Below, piece by piece: positions 51,121-59,454 of a DNA stretch of 64,000 bases. This DNA comes from a virus: IMG/VR virus record IMGVR_UViG_3300022719_000039, positions 18,935-82,934 of that record. One strand, written 5' to 3'. The number at the start of each line of letters is the position of its first letter. The first letter of the stretch is position 1. The translations under genes were made by a program, and so were the position numbers. The notes under the pieces were generated by a model, which had not been told where the DNA came from, made no database searches, and worked only from the letters and a program-made list of their open reading frames with translations.

Positions 51121-51897
51121 ATGACAAAAAACAAAAAAGAAGATAACAATTTAATACCAGAAGAGGAAAAACAACAAAAAAACCAAAAAGGAGAAGAGTT
51201 AGTAACTCAAGAACAGGAAAAGGAACTATCTAAGCATAAACTATCTAAACTGGTAAAACCCAGTAATAGTCTTACTTTTACAGATAAGATGCTTAAAGAA
51301 GCAGAGTATCTTATAAAGACAAACTTAATGCCGGATAGTATTAATACTCCTGAAAAGGTATTACTTATTCGCCAAATGGCTACAGAATTGGGAATAGCCC
51401 CCGGTATGATGTATAGTCATGCTTTTGTATTAAATGGTAAAGCATGTATAGATGGAGTAATAGCAGGAGCAGTTCTGAGAAAAGGAGGGATTAAATGGAA
51501 GACTATAGAAGACGCTGCACCTGTCTATAAAACCGATATTGAAGGCAAAATAATAAAACATAAAAAGGTACTTAACCCAAAAACAAAGCAATACGAACTT
51601 AAACCAGATAAAGAAGGAGATAGAGGACTTATTAGAGACAAAAGAACCACTATAAGATTCTATAGAGATGAAATACAGGAAGATGTATCATGGACAATGA
51701 CAGAAGCTAAAGAAGCTGGACTATTAGATAAAAAAGTATGGAGGCAATACTTTAGAGTTATGATGTGGTGGAGAACTTTTGCAATCGGCTCAAGAAGGGT
51801 TGGCCCTGATCTTATTATGGGATATCATACTATTGAAGAATATGATGAAACAGGAACAATTTTTCTTGATGAGACAGGTGAAGCAAAGCAACTTTAG
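51121..51897 (+). CDS. RecT/Bet-like ssDNA-annealing recombinase
   Basis: ELGIAPG...FVLNGK, SWTMTEAKEAGL..K.VWRQY.RVMMWWR, PDLIMG. Confidence 0.7.
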   Translation: MTKNKKEDNNLIPEEEKQQKNQKGEELVTQEQEKELSKHKLSKLVKPSNSLTFTDKMLKEAEYLIKTNLMPDSINTPEKVLLIRQMATELGIAPGMMYSHAFVLNGKACIDGVIAGAVLRKGGIKWKTIEDAAPVYKTDIEGKIIKHKKVLNPKTKQYELKPDKEGDRGLIRDKRTTIRFYRDEIQEDVSWTMTEAKEAGLLDKKVWRQYFRVMMWWRTFAIGSRRVGPDLIMGYHTIEEYDETGTIFLDETGEAKQL

Positions 51898-51990
51898 TAC
51901 TGAAAATTTCTTAGAAATTGCTTGGATAAGTCTATATCATTCACTAATTTTATTATGTAATCATTTTAATAACCTGTAAATTTTAATTTT

Positions 51991-52431
51991 ATGAGTATCA
52001 GATTTTTCGGTAGAAGTGTTGATAATGAAAGTGAGTATGGTCCTCACTTGAGAATCAACCTAAGTAATTCCAATGTAAAATTGTCTAATAGTGTATCAGG
52101 AAAATTGTTTCCTCCCGGAACTAAAGTAAACTTTGGTTTTGACTATGAAAGTGATAATCCTAGAGCTTTCATAGCAGCAGATGAAAACAAAGGCTTTATT
52201 GTAGGAGAGAACCATACATTCTCAACTACACCTAACACTAAAAGGGTAGCCGACGCACTTGCTAAGGAAGGAGAAGGAGAAGTTCTGATTCTTTCTGTAG
52301 ACCTAGAACCTAATGATGAAATTCTTTCCGAGGATGGAATCAAGGCTTATGAATTAGAACTTGTAGACCAGTATGAATATACTAAGTCTAAAAGGTCTAG
52401 TAAAAAGTCAAAAGCAAAAGTAGAAGCTTAA
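51991..52431 (+). CDS. Hypothetical protein
   Basis: ORF followed by a terminator. Confidence 0.6.
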   Translation: MSIRFFGRSVDNESEYGPHLRINLSNSNVKLSNSVSGKLFPPGTKVNFGFDYESDNPRAFIAADENKGFIVGENHTFSTTPNTKRVADALAKEGEGEVLILSVDLEPNDEILSEDGIKAYELELVDQYEYTKSKRSSKKSKAKVEA

Positions 52432-52437
52432 ACTAAT

Positions 52438-52472
52438 GGAGTAACATAGTTATTATGTTACTCCTAATTTTT
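52438..52472 (+). terminator. Intrinsic terminator
   Basis: GGAGTAACATA-GTTAT-TATGTTACTCC followed by TAATTTTT. Confidence 0.75.
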
Positions 52473-52499
52473 ATTAAAAACTTAAAAACTATAACAACA

Positions 52500-53120
52500 A
52501 TGATTGAAGTAGATAAGAATGTACAAGTAACAGAAGAAAGCATGGGTAACAGATTTAAAGCCGGTATCCATGAAAAAGTTACACTTTCCAGTTGTAAGTA
52601 TGTAAAACCGGAAAGTGAAGATGCTAAATGGAAAGAGGCAATAGATTTTGTCTTCTCAGCTACAAAAACTTCCTATAAGAAAGATATGGAAGGAAATGTA
52701 GTTAAAAACAATCAGGGAGAAAAGATTGTAATATCTGAAGCAGGGGATTCTATAACAAAGAGAGAATTCTATGATGAAGATAGTACAGATCAGAAAAAGA
52801 AAAACTTTTCTAAAAGGATTAAGCATATCCTTACAAAGTTTGTCCCTGAAGAAGAGGCCGTAGTAAAAGGTACAACTCTTGAAAAGTTTGCAGACGCAGT
52901 TAATAAGAAATTAGAGGGTAAAACCGAGGGTGTATATCTTGATGTAAAAGTAGTAATGGATAGAGGGTATACACAAATACCTAATTATACACCATTTATA
53001 CAATTACATGGACAGAGAAACCTGACCATTTCAAGTAAAGAACTCCAAGAGGATACTGCTCCTTCAACTTTTGCTGATTTAAATACAGAAGATGAAGTGT
53101 TAGACGTGCCTTTTGAATAG
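52500..53120 (+). CDS. Putative single-stranded DNA-binding protein (start ATG 52500)
   Basis: Acidic C-terminal tail ending DEVLDVPFE, located between the recombinase and primase. Confidence 0.6.
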   Translation: MIEVDKNVQVTEESMGNRFKAGIHEKVTLSSCKYVKPESEDAKWKEAIDFVFSATKTSYKKDMEGNVVKNNQGEKIVISEAGDSITKREFYDEDSTDQKKKNFSKRIKHILTKFVPEEEAVVKGTTLEKFADAVNKKLEGKTEGVYLDVKVVMDRGYTQIPNYTPFIQLHGQRNLTISSKELQEDTAPSTFADLNTEDEVLDVPFE

Positions 53121-53204
53121 TACTGAGTAAGCCACCTCCAACGAAAACTTGCTAAAAGCTGTTAAAAGTTGGAAGCTATTCAGTGATTTATGGTTTAGGT
53201 TTGG

Positions 53205-53240
53205 GTAAGGGTACTATTAAGTTAGTACCCTTACTTTGTT
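53205..53240 (+). terminator. Intrinsic terminator
   Basis: GTAAGGGTACTA-TTAAGT-TAGTACCCTTAC followed by TTTGTT. Confidence 0.8.
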
Positions 53241-53251
53241 TAAATACTACT

Positions 53252-54244
53252 ATGATTTCTACACCAGAAGAATTAACAAAGGAAACAATTTTAAAGTATG
53301 TTGATGAAAGAAAAATATATGAGCAGGTATTAGGACATGAAGCAGAATTATATCAGTTAATAAAATCACCATTAAGACAAGACAAAAATCCTTCCTTTAA
53401 TCTTTATATCAATAAGTATAACGGTAGGATATGGTTTAAGGATTTAGGTACTGGTAAATCAGGAGATTGTTTTAAGTTAATTGAAATGCTTTACGGGTAT
53501 AGTTATCATGAAACTTTGCTTTATATAGATGACCTGTTTAATTTAAATATAGCAAAAGGTGAAAGTTTTATAAACAACAAACCCAATCAATTCCCTTCTA
53601 GGATTTCTAAACCCAAGAGAAGATCACTTATTCAAATAAAACATAAACCATTCAATCAATACGATTTAACTACATGGAAGCAATGGAATATAACATTAAA
53701 ATATTTAAAATATTTCCAAGTGTTTCATGCAAGATATGTATGGATAAATGGGTATAGGGTAGATAGACTAAGTTACACAGAAAACAATCCTACTTATGCA
53801 TATCTATTTGGAAAAAGATTTAAAATATATAAGCCTAAAGAAAAGGATAAGCAGTGGAAGTGGAGAAGTAACTGCTCTAAAGAAGATATACAAGGTTGGA
53901 AACAATTACCTGAAAAAGGTAATCATCTTATTATAACCAAATCTTATAAAGATGTAATAATGCACAGGACAATAGGTTTACCTTCTATAGCACCTAATGG
54001 TGAAGGTTACAGTATACCTTACAACAAGGTAGCAGACATAAAGAGGAGGTTTAAGAATATTCATATAATTTATGATAATGATACTACAGGTATAGAGAAC
54101 GCTAAAGTTATAGCAGAAAAATATGATTTACCTTATTCATATATACCAAAAGAGTATAATGAAAAAGACCCTTGTGAGTTTGTAGAAACTTATGGAATAA
54201 AAAAATATAAAAAATTACTATTAGACTTTAATATAATAAGTTAA
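53252..54244 (+). CDS. DNA primase (crAss-type DnaG/TOPRIM), start ATG 53252
   Basis: SPLRQDKNPSF, FKDLGTGKSGDCF, IITKSYKDV, IYDNDTTG, KDP. Confidence 0.85.
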   Translation: MISTPEELTKETILKYVDERKIYEQVLGHEAELYQLIKSPLRQDKNPSFNLYINKYNGRIWFKDLGTGKSGDCFKLIEMLYGYSYHETLLYIDDLFNLNIAKGESFINNKPNQFPSRISKPKRRSLIQIKHKPFNQYDLTTWKQWNITLKYLKYFQVFHARYVWINGYRVDRLSYTENNPTYAYLFGKRFKIYKPKEKDKQWKWRSNCSKEDIQGWKQLPEKGNHLIITKSYKDVIMHRTIGLPSIAPNGEGYSIPYNKVADIKRRFKNIHIIYDNDTTGIENAKVIAEKYDLPYSYIPKEYNEKDPCEFVETYGIKKYKKLLLDFNIIS

Positions 54245-54263
54245 CCTTAAAAACAACCGGAAA

Positions 54264-54968
54264 ATGAATGCATTTAGTGTAAAAAAAGAAGAACTATTTA
54301 ACGTTCCCATTCCTCAAAAAACTGATAGTTATACACCTGTACCTAATAGAGATTTAATACTTGCTATTGAAGAAGTATTAGATAACTACGGTTATAATAC
54401 AATAGCTGAACATTATGAATTAGGTGGTAAAGGCCAACAAATGTTTGGTTATAAGACATTAGTTAGTCCATCGTATAATGGTGATGGAGAACAACAAAGA
54501 ACTCTAGGTTTCAGAAACTCTTACAATAAAAGTTTAGCAGTAGGTATTGTTAGTGGAAGCAGAGTAATAGTATGCTCCAACCTAATGTTTGAAGGAGATA
54601 TTGTTAAATTAAGAAAACATACTACTAATGTATTTGCAGACCTATATAACATGATTGTAGATGCTATACTTGGTATAGAAATAAATTTTGAAAAACTATT
54701 GAAGGATACAGAAAGATTAAAGAGTTGTGAAATTAGTAAGACTGACATGGCTGAACTTCTGGGAAAAATGTTTATAGAGGAGGAACTTATAACATCTACA
54801 CAGCTTAACCATATAAAAAATAGTTGGAAAGAAAAAGGTGAAGAACATATGACTGGTTGGGATTTTATGAATTATTGCACTGATAGTATGAAAGTATTAC
54901 ATCCATCAACAAGGATAGATTCTCAACTAAAGGTTCATAATTATATAGATACAACCTTCAAAGCGTAA
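54264..54968 (+). CDS. DUF932-like phage protein
   Basis: YTPVPN, RNSYNKS, RVIVCSNL, RKHT. Confidence 0.75.
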   Translation: MNAFSVKKEELFNVPIPQKTDSYTPVPNRDLILAIEEVLDNYGYNTIAEHYELGGKGQQMFGYKTLVSPSYNGDGEQQRTLGFRNSYNKSLAVGIVSGSRVIVCSNLMFEGDIVKLRKHTTNVFADLYNMIVDAILGIEINFEKLLKDTERLKSCEISKTDMAELLGKMFIEEELITSTQLNHIKNSWKEKGEEHMTGWDFMNYCTDSMKVLHPSTRIDSQLKVHNYIDTTFKA

Positions 54969-54997
54969 ATTAAAAGTTAAACTTAAAAAATGAAATC

Positions 54998-55255
54998 ATG
55001 GAAAATAACTTTATAGGCGGTGGAACATTTCGATTTGGAAAATATAAGGGAAAGTCATTCATTGATGTAGCCTTATCAGACGAGGCCGATTATTTTATCT
55101 GGCTTTGGGAAAGATCGGAAAAAGGTAAATTATATTTAGATTCAGATTTACATGAATTTATTAAGAAAAACTTGTCGAGATTACGTCAAGAAGCAAAGAG
55201 ATGCAAAGAAGCCTATGAAGCCGATAGGTACGACGAGCTTATGAGAGACTGGTAA
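54998..55255 (+). CDS. Small protein with an FGKYKG motif (exodeoxyribonuclease X C-terminal-like)
   Basis: FRFGKYKGKSFIDV....DYFIWL. Confidence 0.65.
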   Translation: MENNFIGGGTFRFGKYKGKSFIDVALSDEADYFIWLWERSEKGKLYLDSDLHEFIKKNLSRLRQEAKRCKEAYEADRYDELMRDW

Positions 55256-55287
55256 AGTAGAAATTAAAGACAAAAACGTAGAAAATT

Positions 55288-56250
55288 ATGACAAAAGTTA
55301 AAGAACAGGCCAGAAAAAGGCAAAAGGGCCTAGATGCTATTACCAAGGAAATACTACCTACTACTATTTGGAAATATGATGGGCATAGAATTGTTCCTAA
55401 AAGGAATAATGGAGCCATAGAATTAAAAAATATAGAAGCCTTAAAACCGGTTACCAATATGAAGGTAACCGGTAATTACAGAGAAAGAAAAGAGCAGATT
55501 AATAAATTAAAAAGTAAGGTCGATGATAGAGAAAGCATAATTAAAGCTGTTCTACAGGATCAAAATAGACTTATGGCTTATAAGAGAAGCACAGACATTC
55601 TTGATGAAATGACATTAGAATTTCTTGAACATAGAGTATATGAGTCTAAGGAGATATTAAAGAAAAAAGATAAACAAGTTCAAAAGCAGTTAGACCTTGT
55701 AGGCCATCCTATAGTTAGTATTGCCAATAACGTTGCAGGTATTGGGAAGATGACTATTGCATATATGCTTGTATATGTTGATATAAGTAAATGCAATTAT
55801 GCAGGAAACTTATGGAGCTATGTTGGCATAGTCAAGCCTTCTTATGAAAGGTATTCAAAAGGAGAAAGTAGCGGAGGATGTAAACCACTTAGGGTGGCTC
55901 TTCATAGGACTGCTACTTCAATTATAAGAATGAGGGGCAGAACTGAAATGAATAAATATATAGAGGTTTATGATAGAGAAAAGCTAAGGTTATCTAAGTC
56001 TAGACAGATAACTAAATCCAGAAACAGAAAAGGAGAACTAAAAGAAATGGCTTGGAAAGATACTATGAAAAGCCATAGACACGGTGCAGCTATAAGGAAG
56101 GTTATTAAACATATCTGTGCTGACTGGTGGTTTGTACATAGAACTTTAGAAGGTCTGCCTACACCAGAACCTTATGTCATGGATTATTTAGGACATAAAA
56201 ACTGGATAAGACCAGAAGAAAGAGGATGGAAAATACACCCAATAAAATGA
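55288..56250 (+). CDS. TIGR-associated (Tas)-like protein: N-terminal HNH-like motif, coiled coil, IS110/Nop RNA-binding domain
   Basis: VAGIGKMTIAYML, NLWSYVG, GGCKPLRVAL, YIEVYDREK and RHGAAIRKVIK match the IS110 C-terminal/Nop domain. No DEDD RuvC domain is visible. N-terminal DGHRIVPKRNNG...KNIEAL.PVTN. Immediately followed by a dual-spacer array. Confidence 0.8.
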   Translation: MTKVKEQARKRQKGLDAITKEILPTTIWKYDGHRIVPKRNNGAIELKNIEALKPVTNMKVTGNYRERKEQINKLKSKVDDRESIIKAVLQDQNRLMAYKRSTDILDEMTLEFLEHRVYESKEILKKKDKQVQKQLDLVGHPIVSIANNVAGIGKMTIAYMLVYVDISKCNYAGNLWSYVGIVKPSYERYSKGESSGGCKPLRVALHRTATSIIRMRGRTEMNKYIEVYDREKLRLSKSRQITKSRNRKGELKEMAWKDTMKSHRHGAAIRKVIKHICADWWFVHRTLEGLPTPEPYVMDYLGHKNWIRPEERGWKIHPIK

Positions 56251-56270
56251 ACTTAATTAAAAGGGAGTTA

Positions 56271-56564
56271 ATGAATTATTAAAGATGATTAGTAGTCAAT
56301 AAACTGAAATGAATTAAAAAACCAAAAATAGTAGTCAAATAACCTAAATGAATTAATAGCCAAAATATTAATCATAACCCTTAAATGAATTAATTATAAA
56401 AAGTTTCAAAAAGAGTTAATGAATTAAAATACAATAATTTTAATATCAGGGAATGAATTAAAGGAAAGAAGAATACATGAGAAAAAAATGAATTAAATAA
56501 AATAAGTACTATAAAACTTAAATGAATTAAAGATGACAAAATCTCAAATTACTAAAATGAATTA
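56271..56564 (+). ncRNA. TIGR-like array block 1 (8 complete units plus terminal edge repeat)
   Basis: ATGAATTA at 56271, 56309, 56348, 56385, 56419, 56453, 56488, 56522 and 56557. Each unit is edge, 9 nt, loop starting with A and ending TCA/ACA/TTA/CTA, 9 nt, A. Confidence 0.85.
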
Positions 56565-56576
56565 AAACAGGAGATT

Positions 56577-56753
56577 ATGAGACAAATCCTTGCTTTCTTT
56601 GATAGAAACTACAACCGATTGTTTAATAATAAAAAATGTATTAAGGTTAATTTCCACGAAGATGAGTTTGAATATCAAGACATACTATTTGATGGTAAGG
56701 AATACTTTAGATACTTAGGTAAAGGTTGGTTAGTTAAAAAAGTTTTAATTTAA
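56577..56753 (+). CDS. Small ORF (58 aa) between array blocks
   Basis: MRQILAFFDRNYNRLF...YLGKGWLVKKVLI*, preceded by AGGAG. Confidence 0.55.
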   Translation: MRQILAFFDRNYNRLFNNKKCIKVNFHEDEFEYQDILFDGKEYFRYLGKGWLVKKVLI

Positions 56754-56762
56754 AAGTATTAA

Positions 56763-56867
56763 ACGAATTAAGGCTAGTAACTTTTCAAGAGAAAATAATA
56801 AATTAGTGCCTCCAATTTTTCAATAGAAACTAATGAATTAAAATAGTGAAAAAAATCAAAAAAAGCG
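56763..56867 (+). ncRNA. TIGR-like array block 2 (3 units)
   Basis: ACGAATTA 56763, ATAAATTA 56798, ATGAATTA 56833. 35-nt period, loops ending TCA. Confidence 0.75.
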
Positions 56868-56921
56868 GCTCAATTTTGTTAAACTAAAAAAAAATGAAAG
56901 CAAAAGAAAAAAAGAAGAAAA

Positions 56922-57182
56922 ATGGACATTAAAAAAAGGAAGATATGGTGTATTGTAGAGAGAAAAAACTTTAGTAAAGATTCAGCATCATGGGAAGAAC
57001 ATCTGATAAAAGCTAATGTTGACCATTATGAAGCGGAACAATATATTAATTCTACTAAAAACAAAAAAAGAGTCCTGTTTGCCTATGCTCGTCATCCTAT
57101 AAGTGGAACAATGGATATGATGTGGAACTTACGATATGTAGATAGTGAAAAGACGGTTAAGAAGTATGCGAAGCTTAAATAA
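56922..57182 (+). CDS. Hypothetical protein
   Basis: Co-oriented ORF. Confidence 0.55.
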   Translation: MDIKKRKIWCIVERKNFSKDSASWEEHLIKANVDHYEAEQYINSTKNKKRVLFAYARHPISGTMDMMWNLRYVDSEKTVKKYAKLK

Positions 57183-57338
57183 AATTCAATTATCACAAGA
57201 AAGGACGATGTTAACTAAAAAAGGAACATATAGTAGTTCTGAAATTCTTTCTATAGAAACTATTGAATCTTGCAGATCATACTATCGTTTAAGAAATACA
57301 GACAACCGTATTATTCACTTTAAATTAACATAAGATAA

Positions 57339-57767
57339 ATGAAAAAAGTTATTCCAGAATATAAAATAGAAGAAAACGGGGATATTGTTATAGATATAGA
57401 ACCTAAAGCAAACCATAGACCAAGATTCCAGAAGAATACTGGCACAGCCTATATACCAAATGACTACAAAAGATATGTTGAGCTTTTAAAAAGAGCCTTT
57501 AAAGATGCAAACATTCCCAAGAAAGAATGGATAGGTTTAGACATAATTTTTTACCTGAAAACAAATAAAGACCATTTTATACCGCATAGGAAGAAACCAG
57601 ACTGGGATAATCTGGCTAAAGGTGTTATGGATGCTTTAGTTAAAGCTAGGATTGTAAAGGATGATTGTACTATTTCTTATGGTTCAGTATATAAAGTTAA
57701 TAGTGTTAAAAATAAAGTCGTAGTTAAGTTATTACAGTTACATGAGTTGCCTTCCTTTATCAACTAA
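57339..57767 (+). CDS. rusA: RusA-like Holliday junction resolvase
   Basis: PKANHRPR, KKPDWDNLAKGVMDAL, DDCTI. Confidence 0.88.
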   Translation: MKKVIPEYKIEENGDIVIDIEPKANHRPRFQKNTGTAYIPNDYKRYVELLKRAFKDANIPKKEWIGLDIIFYLKTNKDHFIPHRKKPDWDNLAKGVMDALVKARIVKDDCTISYGSVYKVNSVKNKVVVKLLQLHELPSFIN

Positions 57768-57776
57768 TAAAGAATT

Positions 57777-57977
57777 ATGCATATAAAAGACTTAAAATCA
57801 TATTTAGAGGATGGAGAAGGTTCAATAGTTTATAATAAGCTGGAAGGAAAAAGATTGCAGGTTTATAACCTAGAAAGGAATACAGTTATGTTTCATGAAG
57901 TTGGAGATATTAATAAAAGAGCAGGGGCAGTAAATTATCCTTTAGATACTAAATACTATAAGTTAATAAAGAAATGA
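57777..57977 (+). CDS. Hypothetical protein
   Basis: ORF with ATGA coupling to the ligase. Confidence 0.5.
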   Translation: MHIKDLKSYLEDGEGSIVYNKLEGKRLQVYNLERNTVMFHEVGDINKRAGAVNYPLDTKYYKLIKK

Positions 57978-59188
57978 TGTATGCACTAACCAAGAATGGA
58001 AATATAAAGACATATAAAGTTTCCGTAGATGATAATACCATTCTAAGAGAATCAGGACTACTGAATGGTAAAATAACTACTAAAGAAGAAGTTATAACCA
58101 AGCCTAAAAATATAGGTAAGTCTAACGAATTAAGCCCTAATGAAGTAGCAAAAAGCAAAGCTAAACATTATACTTACCGAGCTAAGGTAGATGGTTATAA
58201 GTCTATAGATGATATAATTACAATTATAAATGAAGGCAAGTCTGAAGTAATAGGAACTGATAAGTATGTAGGAACTGAAGAGTATATATTAAAATATTAC
58301 AGAGATAACTATAAATATAACTCCGATAATTGTAGAAGACCTAAACCGATGCTTGCTAATAAAATAAGAAATGATATATTTGATAGAAACCAATCAGTAT
58401 TTGTGCAAAGAAAGTATAATGGTATAAGATGTATGGCTGCACTTATCAATTATAATATATTTCTTTTTTCCAGAGATGGAAAGTTATTCAATATTCCTCA
58501 TATCACTGAAGAATTAAAATCATACTTTAAGCCCAAAGATAATAAAAGGTTTTTCCTAGATGGAGAAATATATATTCATGGTAAAAAGCTACAAGATATA
58601 ATTTCACTTGCAAAAGCACCAGATATGTTTGAAACACTTAACTTAGAGTTTCATGTATTTGATATGGTTTTTGGTAATCATGAGACAGGGGAAGGAAATA
58701 AGAGATGGTTTGAAAGATTAGTAGAACTGACAAAACTATTTAAGAATAGAATTCAAGATAAAGTAAAACTAGTTGATACAGTCGAAGTATTTAATCAAGA
58801 CGAATTGTCAGAGATACATAATAAATTTACCAATGAGGGATATGAAGGAAGTATCCTACGTCTAGACAAAGGTCTTTATGAATTCGGATATAGAAGTAAT
58901 TACCTTCTAAAGTTAAAATCAACTTTGAAAGAGATAGTTAAAATAGAAAATGTAGTTGATACAGATAAAGAAAAAGGTATAGCCTTGTTTGTATGCAGAG
59001 ATAAAAGGGGTAACTTATTCAATTTAAGACCAAATGGTAGTGTAGGCAACAAAGTAGAATGGTTTAACCAAGCAAATACAGGTGGGCCTAAAGACCCAAC
59101 AGGAAAAGAAATAGAAATAACTTTTCATGAACACACTAAATATGGAATACCTTTTCATATAACTAAAACAAAGATAATATGGGATTAA
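57974..59188 (+). CDS. ATP-dependent DNA ligase
   Basis: PMLA, QRKYNGIRC, FSRDGK, LDGEIY, FHVFD, EGYEGSILR, LLKLK, GIPFH. Confidence 0.92.
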   Translation: MMYALTKNGNIKTYKVSVDDNTILRESGLLNGKITTKEEVITKPKNIGKSNELSPNEVAKSKAKHYTYRAKVDGYKSIDDIITIINEGKSEVIGTDKYVGTEEYILKYYRDNYKYNSDNCRRPKPMLANKIRNDIFDRNQSVFVQRKYNGIRCMAALINYNIFLFSRDGKLFNIPHITEELKSYFKPKDNKRFFLDGEIYIHGKKLQDIISLAKAPDMFETLNLEFHVFDMVFGNHETGEGNKRWFERLVELTKLFKNRIQDKVKLVDTVEVFNQDELSEIHNKFTNEGYEGSILRLDKGLYEFGYRSNYLLKLKSTLKEIVKIENVVDTDKEKGIALFVCRDKRGNLFNLRPNGSVGNKVEWFNQANTGGPKDPTGKEIEITFHEHTKYGIPFHITKTKIIWD

Positions 59189-59454
59189 CTTTTTATAATA
59201 TTAAATTCCTCGATAAATTTAACATGTTTTCTTTAGTAGACAGAGAAGATATAAAACAACTCAAGGCTGAAATATTTAATAATAACAAGGAAAGAAAAGA
59301 TAAATGTATAAAAGAAATTACTAAAATATCAGATAAGGATTACAGAGAGATTCTTTATATAGATAACTTTGTATTTCTAAGAATAGGAAGTAATTATAGA
59401 ATTATAGGAATTGATAATGAAATAGTAAAAAAATGGAAACAACAGAACAAGTAA
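59179..59454 (+). CDS. Hypothetical protein
   Basis: Overlapping, co-oriented ORF. Confidence 0.45.
   Translation: MGLTFYNIKFLDKFNMFSLVDREDIKQLKAEIFNNNKERKDKCIKEITKISDKDYREILYIDNFVFLRIGSNYRIIGIDNEIVKKWKQQNK

Noticed and set aside
55288-56250. Ordinary IS110 insertion sequence/transposase
   Set aside because: No N-terminal DEDD RuvC domain is visible. The downstream DNA is a multi-unit dual-spacer array, not a single bridge RNA or IS end.
56271-56564. CRISPR array
   Set aside because: The constant part is only 8-9 nt, there is a second internal semi-conserved motif, and no cas genes are present in the window.
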